Positions 47,441 through 58,908 of a stretch of 64,000 bases of DNA are shown here, in pieces. The notes beneath the pieces were generated by a model that did not search any database, was not told the DNA's origin, and saw only the letters and a program-made list of their open reading frames with translations. The translations under genes were made by a program, and so were the position numbers. Source of the DNA: Isurus oxyrinchus (lineage: Eukaryota). The stretch lies in NCBI GenBank assembly GCA_026770705.1, contig JANJGN010000140.1, positions 496,001 to 560,000 on the forward strand, in the 5' to 3' direction. The first letter of the stretch is position 1, and each line of letters opens with the position of its first letter.

Positions 47441-48187
47441 TGTGTAAAAGTAAACAACGTACGCATGTGTTGCATTATGCATGTTTGCATAATTCGTATG
47501 TAGAGTAGAAGTGTGTAGAAAGCACGTAACAAAGGAGGGTTAGACAATGAGCTCTGGGAATCATTGCATTTCATGGTCCAATGGCACCTGGTAGTCCGAC
47601 GAAAAAGACCAGCAATTCCTTCATCCAGATTGGTTCCTCAAATAATTCATAAACAGATGTTGAGATATGATGATCATTGTGTGACAGAATGGAATTTTTG
47701 CTATTGGCCACAAATTGAAATTTTCCAGAAACTATCTGGATTCCGCAATATCTTTATTCCCGATAGGCTCAGATTGGCAAAACTTCCTGACAAATAATTG
47801 TACATTCCCACCTCTCCCTGTGTAAATAATATTTCTACCCTATAATATCGACTATATTTGAAAACAAGTATGAACTTGCCGCTTTCTGAGATCCTCAGGA
47901 TGTAATAAGTGGTGGAGAAGCTGGGTGAATCTTTTAACAATCTCCGAGAAGGAAGCGGGATTAGTCCCTTATTGTGAGCGCCGTAAGTTGCACTATTAGA
48001 GACAAATGTGGTGTGCAAAAGTCTACTAATTCATGTTGGTGTTCTGGCCTACCAATTCTGTGTGTGTGTCTGTGTGTGTGTCTGTATTTGTGTGTATGTG
48101 CGTGTGTAAAAGTAAACCATGTACACATGTGTTGCATTATGCATGTTTGCATAATTCGTATGTAGAGTATAAGTGTGTAGAAAGCAC
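47228..48187. repeat. Local direct duplication (about 47228-47527 and 47921-48187) containing (TG)n
   Basis: Both copies begin GGTGAATCTTTTAACAATCTCCGAGAAGGAAGCGGGATTAG and remain colinear. Confidence 0.9.
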
Positions 48188-48669
48188 AAAACACATCATT
48201 CTGAATGTTTACAAATGCATGTTGCTGGTAATATCGCATTAGACCCTGCCTTATTTCATAGATTGCAAGGAAATACCATTGCTTACGTCACACAAGACCT
48301 GTTTTCATTTATTATTGTAATTGAGCTTGTCTCTGTTTACGTTATGCAAGTCCCTGCATCAGTTTTCAGTGAAGTAGAGAATGTCCACTTTTACATTAGC
48401 TTAGTTTCTATCTCTGTTATTGAATTAATAGATCTTGGGCCTATTGGATTAAACCAGATCACTTTTTATGAGATTAGATCTTATTCTGTGATTAGGTGAG
48501 GGCACATTTTGGCTCTGTTCATGTTACATTTGACAATTGTTTAACTCTTATCAGATTAGGCTGTCCCATGTCGCTGTTTATGATATACTGGGCCATGTCA
48601 TTGTCATTCTGTGTTTCAGACCACCCGCACCCATCAACACTCTGTCGCCAAACAAATCAATATATGACT

Positions 48670-49240
48670 ATGGGACTTTAAGCAAGAGTGGGCCGTTCAG
48701 CCCACAGAACCTGATCCACCATTCCATACATTCATGGCTGATCTGTTTGTGGTCCTATTCCATATTCCCGTCTGGCCCCTAACTCCCTTGCCTATCAAAA
48801 ATCTGCCTAACTTATGGTATTAGCACAACATAACTCACCCTTGAATATATTTAATGACCAGCCTCCACTGCTTTCTAAGAAAGAGAATTCCACATACAAA
48901 CAACCCTCTGAGAGAAGAATAAATCTCCTCATCTGCCCCTTAAAGGTAGGTCCCTTAATCCTAAACTCTGTCCCCTAGTTCTGGTCACTCCCGGAAGTGG
49001 AAACATGCTCCCGGTATCTACCTTGTCAAGACACAGCACCAGCCTACCCGTATTATCCCCCCTACCTCTCTCTCTCTCTCCCCCCACCGCCCCCCCGCCC
49101 CCCCCCCCCCCCCCCAACCACCCACCTCCCACCCACCTCAGGCTCCTACATATTTCGCTAAGTTCATCTTTTATTATTCTAAATTCCACTGGCTATTGAT
49201 CCAAATTATTCAAGATTTCTTCATAAGACAAGCTCCTCGT
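48670..49240 (-). mobile_element. CR1 3' fragment with inserted C-rich tract
   Basis: LDKVDTGSMFPLPGVTRTRGQSL on the minus strand. Confidence 0.8.
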
Positions 49241-49656
49241 CCCAAACAACGATGAACTGATCGATGGTTTTCATTGATAAGCATGATATTAGGGACCTCC
49301 AGCTGCACAAATTTGATTTAGCGTTTCTTGAAAAGCACTTTATTCACCGAGAGAGATGGTTCGTATGGCCGGAGGTCGTGAATATCGCTGTTTGCAACCA
49401 TAAAGCAAAGGAGCAGATCAGTTGCCGGTCTATTAAAGAGCAAGCCAGTTAGTTATTCTTACTTGTTCTTAATCAAATGTCACCCTAGAATTTACTAAAT
49501 TAACTTTTGAAACTTGTTATTGAATGTGCGTCCAGCTCCCTTTCATGAAGCAGAAGCCAGATCACAATTCAATGCTCAAAAATCCCACTTCCCATCCCAT
49601 CAAATACTTTGTTTTAAGTGTTAAGAATAACGTTAGTGGAACTTGTGTCTGTGAAG

Positions 49657-50286
49657 NNNNNNNNNNNNNNNNNNNNNNNNNNNNNNNNNNNNNNNNNNNN
49701 NNNNNNNNNNNNNNNNNNNNNNNNNNNNNNNNNNNNNNNNNNNNNNNNNNNNNNNNNNNNNNNNNNNNNNNNNNNNNNNNNNNNNNNNNNNNNNNNNNNN
49801 NNNNNNNNNNNNNNNNNNNNNNNNNNNNNNNNNNNNNNNNNNNNNNNNNNNNNNNNNNNNNNNNNNNNNNNNNNNNNNNNNNNNNNNNNNNNNNNNNNNN
49901 NNNNNNNNNNNNNNNNNNNNNNNNNNNNNNNNNNNNNNNNNNNNNNNNNNNNNNNNNNNNNNNNNNNNNNNNNNNNNNNNNNNNNNNNNNNNNNNNNNNN
50001 NNNNNNNNNNNNNNNNNNNNNNNNNNNNNNNNNNNNNNNNNNNNNNNNNNNNNNNNNNNNNNNNNNNNNNNNNNNNNNNNNNNNNNNNNNNNNNNNNNNN
50101 NNNNNNNNNNNNNNNNNNNNNNNNNNNNNNNNNNNNNNNNNNNNNNNNNNNNNNNNNNNNNNNNNNNNNNNNNNNNNNNNNNNNNNNNNNNNNNNNNNNN
50201 NNNNNNNNNNNNNNNNNNNNNNNNNNNNNNNNNNNNNNNNNNNNNNNNNNNNNNNNNNNNNNNNNNNNNNNNNNNNNNNNNNNNNN
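49657..50286. other. Assembly gap or masked run (N)
   Basis: N run. Confidence 1.
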
Positions 50287-50686
50287 GATAAAGAAAAATG
50301 GAAAAAAAAACGACCTCAGGATTTCCTGGTGCTTTCCTGCCAATCAAGTGTTTCCCCCCGTGTCATGTGGGAAACACGTCAGCAAATGCAAGATTCCACA
50401 AATATAATTGGAGAAATGATCAGATCGCTGTTTTCAATGCTGTTAAATGAGGGACAATTATTGTAGGAACCTGGGGAAAGTTCTTCCTGCTCCTTTTTGA
50501 AATTGCGACCATGGGATATTCACATTCCACATGAGAGGGCAGATACTCACAGTGGTTTAGTGTCTCAAACAGGCAGGCAGCAACTGCGATAGTTCAGTGT
50601 TCATTCAGGGCCAAAGGGACACTGTCAGCACTGGAGTATGAGGCTAACATCTCTCAAGCGCTACAGCCCAGGTCTTTCTGGTTCTG

Positions 50687-50717
<31 letters not shown>

Positions 50718-50777
50718 CGAAGGAGAGAGAGAGAGAGAGAGAGCTGCTACATAGTGAACCATGATGATGAAAGAGAA

Positions 50778-52656
50778 TTAACGAGAGAACGTTATACCAT
50801 GTTTAAAACAACCAGTGACGGTGGTGAAGGGGCACATCAGCAGCTTCTTCAGCTCCTCCCGGAACCTTTTCTGGGCCACTGCATAGATGAAGACGTTGTT
50901 GCAGGAACTGACTAACTGGAGCATGTTGGCTGTCTCCTGGAGGATGTATCGCGGGTCATTGAAATTCAGGCTGGTCAGGTAGCCCTCGCCTGTAATCCAG
51001 ATGTAGAGGAAATGTCCAACAAAGGTGACCCACAGGAGGAGGAAGCTGAGGGAGATGGCGAAAAGCAGGACAATGGACCGCTTGCGGTTAGCCATCTCCT
51101 GGTCTCCGTCACCTTCGGCGCCCCGGAGCCTCCTGCGGGCTCTGCTGGCCGCTAAGATGTGCCTTATGGTCAGGGCATTGAGCAGCAGAATGAGGACGAA
51201 CGGGAGGAAAGGAGTTAAGATGTGGTCCAGCCAGTCGTAGACCTGCCAGGCGGGCAAAGTGTAATAGGTAGGCTTAACTGCACAGAACCAGGGCACCCCA
51301 TCCTGGATGTACAAAGGCTGGTAGGTGAAGTAATGAGGGATGTTCCTCAAGCAGCTTAGGGCACTGACCAGCCCTATAACCAGCAACGCAGTTTTCTCAG
51401 TGCAGTATCTGGTCTTCAGACTCTGACAGCAGATGGCCACGAAACGGTCGATGGTGAAGGCGACCGTCAGCCAGACTGAGCCATCCCGGGTGGCAAAGAC
51501 CAGCACGGCACTAAGTGCGCATGCGGGAGTGGTGGACAGGACACTGTCCTGAAAGTAGATCCGGCCGATCCTATTGAGGATGACGGCGGTGATGATGACC
51601 AGGAAATCGCTCACTGCTATCGCCACCAGGTAGTAGGTGATGCAACAGGACAGTCCGCATTGCCCTCGGGATAGGATTACAATCCCCAAAAAGTTCGCTG
51701 TGAGAGATAAAAAAGAGGGGTCAAACGGACTGGAAACCTTGATTCTATTGATCTCTCTACGGATGCTGCTAGACCTGCTGAGTTTTTCCAGAGTCTCCTG
51801 ATTTAATTTCAGATTTCCACCATCCACAGTGTTTTGCTTTTATCTGAATGAGCAAAAAATGTTGACCTTGTCATGGACACCTGCATCCCGCTAATGATTA
51901 AAAATATAATTAACCAAAATTCACAAGGCCTAAATATCCATAACAAATTAAAAATCTTGAATCTCCACTCACCTTTTTCAAACATTTCCATAATTAATTC
52001 CTAAGACCTTAATTCCTAATAAGAACGGTGCAGTGGGAACTCATTATTCCGTAACTTTTACATTATTCTAGAGATCGCATTGTATATTTGTGTTATCATT
52101 AAAAGTATTTTATAATACAATTTATCTAATATATATGATAACACTGTAATTATTCACTTTCTGATATATTGATAAAATCAGAGAATGCAGGAATGCAGGT
52201 CAGTACATTCAGATACTCGATGATCCCGCACAACACTCAAAACGCTGGATTGCATTTGACTGGATTGGAATATAACCCAATGTTCAACTATATAACAGGT
52301 TAATGTCCAGGCAAAGCCAAGCTCTGCAACTCATATCTCAGCATTCTAATAAAAGGCATTTCTCTAAATGTGCTGCATAATAAATTGAATAATATTTTGT
52401 AATGCCCCACAATGCTAGCACAAATAGCGCAGCATAATCAACCATAACACTGTATAATATCATCCAGAGCACCTATATACGTTGGAGCTCGGTTTCAGAT
52501 CCTATCATTCAGACCCTGAAAGTTAAGAGACCAAACTTCTGGAGATTTACATCGAGACAAACATTTTTTTGGGATCCATCGCTTACCAGGAGCACCAATA
52601 AGAGCGAGAATCGGATAGAAAATAGCGAAGAAGAGGCCTTTCGCTGGGCCGTGCAT
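50778..52656 (-). CDS. Class A GPCR, GPR139/GPR142-like; two exons (52656-52587 and 51697-50778), 329 aa
   Basis: Exon 1 MHGPAKGLFFAIFYPILALIGAP with GTAAGC donor splices in phase 1 to ANFLGIVILSRG...; seven TM segments, SVWLTVAFTIDRFVAIC in TM3, NNVFIY in TM7; no stops. Confidence 0.9.
51713..51843 (+). mobile_element. Penelope tail remnant in the GPCR intron, next to the acceptor
   Basis: GGGTCAAACGGACTGGAAAC...GATGCTGCTAGACCTGCTGAGTTTTTCCAG, homologous to 57130-57250. Confidence 0.75.
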
Positions 52657-53039
52657 CGTCTCTCAGAAACTCAAGGAATTACCGCAGCTGTGCAAAAAAG
52701 CATCCCTCCTTTATTCTAAATGAGAGTCTCCAGAGGGACAGTTAAGAACAATCTACACCTCAGTCACAGATCAGTGAACAAACAGATTGACTCACGGGTT
52801 CTTCCAATCATTGCCACGTGTCCCATTATATCGTGCTTTTCTGTGTCAGGTTAGTTCGTGTATTTTTTACGTTTTTAAATGCTTTAACGTTCCCTAAATA
52901 TTTTAAGAGATATACAGCTGAAATGGTCAAAATCACTGTTAACGTTTAACAACACCTCTTCTCCCACTCCCACACACAGCCATCACAAAATAGGATTTCA
53001 AAGGAATAAGAATTGATTAAATAAGAAATAAGAATTAAT

Positions 53040-54115
53040 TAAATAAGAAATAGGAACAGCAGTAGACCATTCGGCCCCTCGAACCTGCTCCGATATTCAA
53101 TAAGATCATGGCTGATCTTCTTGTGTTTTGATTTCCACATTCCCATCTTACCCCCGTAACCGTTGATCCCCTTGCCTGACAAAAATCTATCTGCCTCTGC
53201 TTAAAAAATATTCGGCTACCCCGCCTCCACTGCCTTCCAATGCAGAGTTCCAAGGTCGTACAACCCTCTGAGAGAAGAAAATTCTCCTCATCTCTGTCCT
53301 AAAAGGGCGAACACTAATTTTGAAGTAGTGCCCGCTAGTTCTGGACTCATCCACAAGAGGAAACGTTTTTTCGATGTCTACATTGTCAAGGCTGTTCAGG
53401 ATCTTGAATACTTTAATCAAGTCACCCCTCACTCTTCTAAACTCCTGTGGCAATAAGTCCAGTTTGTCCAACCTTTCCTCATAAGCCAACCCACTCATTC
53501 CAGGTATCAATCTAGAAAATCTCCTTTCAACCGCCTCTCATGCATTTACATCCTCCCTTAAATAAGGAGACTAAAACAGCACACAGTATTCGAGGTGCGG
53601 CCTCACCAATGCCCTGTATAACTGAAACATAACTTCCTTACTTTTATGTTGAATCCCTCTCGTAATAAAGAATAACATTCCATTAGCCTTCTTTAGAACT
53701 TGCTCTACCTGCAAATTAACTTTTTGTGACTCGTGTACTCGAACACCTAGATCCCTCCACCCATCAGGATTATGCAGTCATTCTCCATTTAAGTAATACT
53801 CTGTTTTTTTGTTCTCCCTACCAAAGTAAACAATTTCACGTTTTCTCACATTAAATTCAATTTGCCAGGTCTTTTCCCACTCACTCAATCTATCTATATC
53901 CATCTGCAACCTCCTCATGTCCACATCGCAACATACTTTCCTACCTATCTTTGTGTCACCTGCAAATTTAGCTAGCATGTCTTCAAGCACATCGTCTAAG
54001 TCATTGATGTAAATCGTATAAAAGTAAGGCTCCATGCAGAACCCTGTGGGACTCTTCTCGTCACATCCTGGCAATCCGAAAAAGAGCCATTTATGCACAC
54101 TTTCTGCTGTCCGCC
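53040..54115 (-). mobile_element. CR1 LINE 3' portion (RT C-terminus plus tail)
   Basis: TIYINDLD...KFAGDTKIG; YEERLDKLDLL...GDLIKVFKI. Confidence 0.93.
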
Positions 54116-54289
54116 AGCCAGCCTGATAACTGAAGCTAACACGATCATATCCCCCTTTGACTTAACAAGCATTGGAAGTAAACCGTTGTTTTGGGTCACA
54201 TAGAGCAAGAAAATAGCATTCCGACTAACATGGTGGATTGTTTTGTTTTACGTTTTACTGAAAATAGCTGCCATTCTGAGTTTGAAAAG

Positions 54290-54328
54290 AGTTGACGTTT
54301 CGAGTCCTCATGACCCTTCGACAGAACT
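54290..54328 (-). ncRNA. Minimal hammerhead ribozyme motif (variant core)
   Basis: AGUU-CUGUCGA-A-GGGUC-AUGAG-GACUC-GAAA-C-GUC-AACU. Confidence 0.6.
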
Positions 54329-57117
54329 TGATTTCGAGTCCAAGAAAGAGTTGAAATATAAGCTGGTTTAAGGTGTGTGTGTGTGTGTGTGGGGAGGGGG
54401 GGTGGCGGAGAGATAGAGAGAGAGAGAGGTGCTTGTGTAGACAAACAAGCAGTGATAGAAGCAGATCATCAAAAGATGTCAGTGACAATGGTACAAAAGA
54501 ACACATAGGTGTTAAAGTTAAAGTTGGTGATATTATCTAAACGAATGTGCTAATTAAGAATGGATGGTAGGGCACTCAAGGTATAGCTCTAGTGGGGGTG
54601 GGGGGAGCATAAAAGATTTTAAAATATTTAAAAATAATGGAAATAGGTGAGAAAAGAGAAATCTATATAATTTATAGGGAAAAAAAGGGAAAAAGGGGGA
54701 AACAGAAAGGGGGTGGGGATGGGGGAGGGAGCTCACGACCTAAAGTTGTTGAACTCAATATTCAGACCGGAAGGCTGTAAGGTGCCTAGTCGGAAGATGA
54801 GGTGTTGTTCCTCCAGTTTGCGTTGGGCTTCACTGGAACAATGCAGCAAGCCAAGGGCAGACATGTGGGCAAGAGAGCAGGGTGGAGTGTTAAAATGGCA
54901 AGCGACAGGGAGGTTTGGATCATTCTTGCGGACAGTCCGCAGGTGTTCTGCAAAGCGGTCGCCCAGTTTACGTTTGGTCTCTCCAATGTAGAGGAGACCA
55001 CATTGGGAGCAACGAATGCAGTAGACTAAGTTGGGGGAAATGCAAGTGAAATGCTGCTTCACTTGAAAGGAATGTTTGGGCCCTTGGATGGTGAGGAGAG
55101 AGGAAGTGAAGGGGCAGGTGTTACATCTTTTGCGTGGGCATGGGGTGGTGCCATAGGAGGGGGTTGAGGAGTAGGGGGTGATGGAAGAGTGGACCAGGGT
55201 GTCCCGGAGGGAGCGATCCCTACGGAATTCCGATAAGGGGGGTGAAGGGAAGATGTGTTTGGTGGTGGCATCATGCTGGAGTTGGCGGAAATGGCGGAGG
55301 ATGATCCTTTGAATGCGGAGGCTGGTGGGGTGATAAGTGAGGACAAGGGGGACCCTATCATGTTTCTGGGAGGGAGGAGAAGGCGTGAGGGCGGATGCGC
55401 GGGAGATGGGCCGGACACGGTTGAGGGCCCTGTCAACGACCGTGGGTGGAAAACCTCGGTTAAGGAAGAAGGAGGACATGTCAGAGGAACCGTTTTTGAA
55501 GGTAGCATCATCGGAACAGATACGACGAAGGCGAAGGAACTGGGAGAATGGGATGGAGTCCTTACAGGAAGCGGGGTGTGAGGAGCTGTAGTCGAGGTAG
55601 CTGTGGGAGTCGGTGGGTTTGTAATGGATATTGGTGGACAGTCTATCCCCAGAGATTGAGACAGAGAGGTCAAGGAAGGGAAGGGAAGTGTCAGAGATGG
55701 ACCACGTGAAAATGATGGAGGGGTGGAGATTGGAAGCAAAATTAATAAATTTTTCCAAGTCCCGACGAGAGCATGAAGCGGCACCGAAGTAATCATCGAT
55801 GTACCGGAGAAAAAGTTGTGGAAGGGGGCCGAGTAGGACTGCAACAAGGAATGTTCCACATACCCCATAAAGAGACAGGCATAGCTGGGGCCCATGCGGG
55901 TACCCATAGCCACACCTTTTATTTGGAGAAAGTGTCTGTTCCGATGATGCTACCTTCAAAACCGGTTCCTCTGACATGTCCTCCTTCTTCCTTAACCGAG
56001 GTTTTCCACCCACGGTCGTTGACAGGGCCCTCAACCGTGTCCAGCCCATCTCCCGCGCATCCGCCCTCACGCCTTCTCCTCCCTCCCAGAAACATGATAG
56101 GGTCCCCCTTGTCCTCACTTATCACCCCACCAGCCTCCGCATTCAAAGGATCATCCTCCGCCATTTCCGCCAACTCCAGCATGATGCCACCACCAAACAC
56201 ATCTTCCCTTCACCCCCCTTATCGGCATTCCATAGGGATCGCTCCCTCCGGGACACCCTGGTCCACTCTTCCATCACCCCCTACTCCTCAACCCCCTCCT
56301 ATGGCACCACCCCATGCCCACGCAAAAGATGTAACACCTGCCCCTTCACTTCCTCTCTCCTCACCATCCAAGGGCCCAAACATTCCTTTCAAGTGAAGCA
56401 GCATTTCACTTGCATTTCCCCCAACTTAGTCTACTGCATTCGTTGCTCCCAATGTGGTCTCCTCTACATTGGAGAGACCAAACGTAAACTGGGCGACCGC
56501 TTTGCAGAACACCTGCGGTCTGTCCGCAAGAATGATCCAAACCTCCCTGTCGCTTGCCATTTTAACACTCCACCCTGCTCTCTTGCCCACATGTCTGCCC
56601 TTGGCTTGCTGCATTGTTCCAGTGAAGCCCAACGCAAACTGGAGGAACAACACCTCATCTTCCGACTAGGCACCTTACAGCCTTCCGGTCTGAATATTGA
56701 GTTCAACAACTTTAGGTCGTGAGCTCCCTCCCCCATCCCCACCCCCTTTCTGTTTCCTTTTTTTTCCCTATAAATTATATAGATTTTTCTTTTCCCACCT
56801 ATTTCCATTATTTTTAAATATGTTAAAATCTTTTATGCTCCCCCCCACCCCCACTAGAGCTATACTTGAGTGCCCTACCATCCATTCTTAATTAGCACAT
56901 TCGTTTAGATAATATCACCAACTTTAACACCTATGTGTTCTTTTGTACCATTGTCACTGACATCTTTTGATGATCTGCTTCTATCACTGCTTGTTTGTCT
57001 ACACAAGCACCTCTCTCTCTCTCTATCTCTCCGCCCCCCCCCCCCCCCCACACACACACACACACACACACACCTTAAACCAGCTTATATTTCAACTCTT
57101 TCTTGGACTCGAAATCA

Positions 57118-57156
57118 AGTTCTGTCGAAGGGTCATGAGGACTCGAAACGTCAACT
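57118..57156 (+). ncRNA. Minimal hammerhead ribozyme motif (variant core)
   Basis: Identical to 54290-54328; stem I AGUU/AACU, stem II GGGUC/GACUC, GUC cleavage triplet. Confidence 0.6.
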
Positions 57157-57589
57157 CTTTTCTTCCCCGCCGATGCTGCCAGACCTGCTGAGTTTTTCCA
57201 GGTAATTCTGTTTTTGTTTTGGATTTCCTGCATCCGCAGTTTTGTTTTGCCATTCTCAGTTTTCCGTTTTATTTTCCCAGTGAACACTGGGTCGTCAAAC
57301 ATCATGATTTGGAGGATATGTGTAAACAAAACATGGAGGAGAAAGTCGAGTGTAAGTTAATGAACCTCGTTGAACTTAGGGGCAAGCTGCTCTGTGCTCA
57401 CTCTTCCGTTGCTCGCTCAGGGAAAAATAGTTGTTTCGGGTCTCTGCTCAAATGCTTTTTGCGGATTGTTGCAAATCCTATCAGCTGCTTTGCAGGCGCA
57501 GCGTGCCATTGTCCAGGCATGAGATCCAGTCAAATAATTAACATCATCAAAGTGATTCTAGAAGTTGAGATAGTTTCAGGAATTCATAC

Positions 57590-57943
57590 ACAGACTCAGA
57601 GAATCACAGACTCACAGAATCACAGAGTACAGAAGAGGCCCTTCGGCCCATCGAGTCTGCACCGACACGTGAGAAACACCTGACCTATCTACCTAATCCC
57701 ATTTACCAGCACGTGGCCCATAAGCTTGAATGTTATGACGTGCCAAGTGCTCACCCAGGTACTTTTTAAAAGATGTGAGACAACTCGCCTCCACCACCTT
57801 CTCAGGCAACGCATTCCAGACCGTCACCACCCTGTGAGTAAAAGAGTTTTTCCTCACATCCCCCCTAAACCTCCTGCCCCTCACCTTGAACTTATGTCCC
57901 CTCGTGACTGACCCTTCAACTAAGGGGAACAGTTGCTCCCTAT
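57590..57943 (-). mobile_element. CR1 3' end, same subfamily as 1-473
   Basis: MRGRRFRGDVRKNSFTHRVVTVWNALP; (ACAGAATC)n tail. Confidence 0.92.
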
Positions 57944-58413
57944 TACAATGTTCAATATGTTACATATACCAACAATGGCAGTGAGAAAATCCAATCTGCC
58001 CGACACACCTTAAAGAGTTAATGGATTAATTCGCAGGGCAGTAGTTGTTGAAATATAGAAACGCGGTAGCTAATATCTACACCATAAGCTCCCACAAAAA
58101 AAACAACCTGATAAGCTGTTTTAGTGATGTCGGTTGAAACATTAGAATAGGTCCAGGAAACTTGGGAGAAATCTGCCATCATTTTCCAAAATAGAGGTCT
58201 GGGATTTTTTTTATCTAAGAAAGTCGTGGGACCGTCGGTTTAACCCGAGAATCAGCCTGGATGATGGACTGAACTCTCTGGAGTGAAAAATGAATTCATA
58301 CCCTTATAATTCAGATGCAGCAGTCAGGCCCACTGAGCAGCGGATAGCACTGACAAAGCAGGGCATGTTCCTTTGACCTGGAGAGAACGCCTGTGCCAGT
58401 TCTAAATCAGTGT

Positions 58414-58908
58414 GGTTTTTGTACAGCGGCAGATGAGTTTGAAATAATTCTGACCCCAACCAGCAGAAAGATAGAGCTGTGCCCTCTATTTCCGCTCGAG
58501 CGGTCGATGAAGAAAACTTCTTTTCTGAATTAGTCTGCTTGGCTTCGATCTTCCGTTGACAATATCGGCGTCCATTTTTCTGTCGTTTTCGCGATGCAAA
58601 ATAAAACTGGGAGCCGTTGTATGCTGTCTGTATTAACACAGATTGGGGTCACCGAGGTTTGTTGTGTCTATAATCTACAGTCTATAATCACACCATCTCC
58701 TTCAGATACGTAGAGTGCAGTCTGAGCTTGTGATCCCGCATCTGCCCGAATCTCCTCTGAAATAAAAATGAACCGAGGGCTAACTATAACTTTAACTGTG
58801 TTAGAATGTCTAATAACACCACATAAGTGTAAACAGATACCAGGCATGGCCGTACCTACCGAGCACCAATCAGAATATAACGGGATGACGGTACGACTTG
58901 AGATCTAT
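58414..58908 (-). pseudogene. TCR alpha/delta V pseudogene
   Basis: Leader remnant with GTAGGT donor (58859); exon from 58756 EIRADAGSQAQTALYVSEGDGVIIDCRL...NLC*YRQHTTAPSFILHR...AEIEGTALSFC; RSS CAGAATT-23-ACAAAAACC. Confidence 0.85.

Larger units (their letters stand above)
54284..57250. mobile_element. Penelope-like element with inverted structure: minus copy 54284-55930 (partial RT plus GIY-YIG) and plus copy 55935-57250
   Basis: RT motifs GVAMGTRMGPSYA (frameshift) LRYIDD and LPFLD; GIY-YIG NLVYCIRC..CGLLYIGETKR; arms 54284-55520 and 55935-57162 nearly identical. Confidence 0.95.

Noticed and set aside
12670-50466. Long ORFs containing X runs
   Set aside because: Artefacts of N gaps
50778-51827. 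Single-exon 349-aa GPCR starting MDGGNLK
   Set aside because: The first ~43 aa are intron and Penelope remnant; the real TM1 start is in exon 52656-52587
54733-56118. 461-aa ORF as a complete Penelope protein
   Set aside because: N-terminus is antisense read-through from the inverted arm; RT is 5'-truncated and frameshifted
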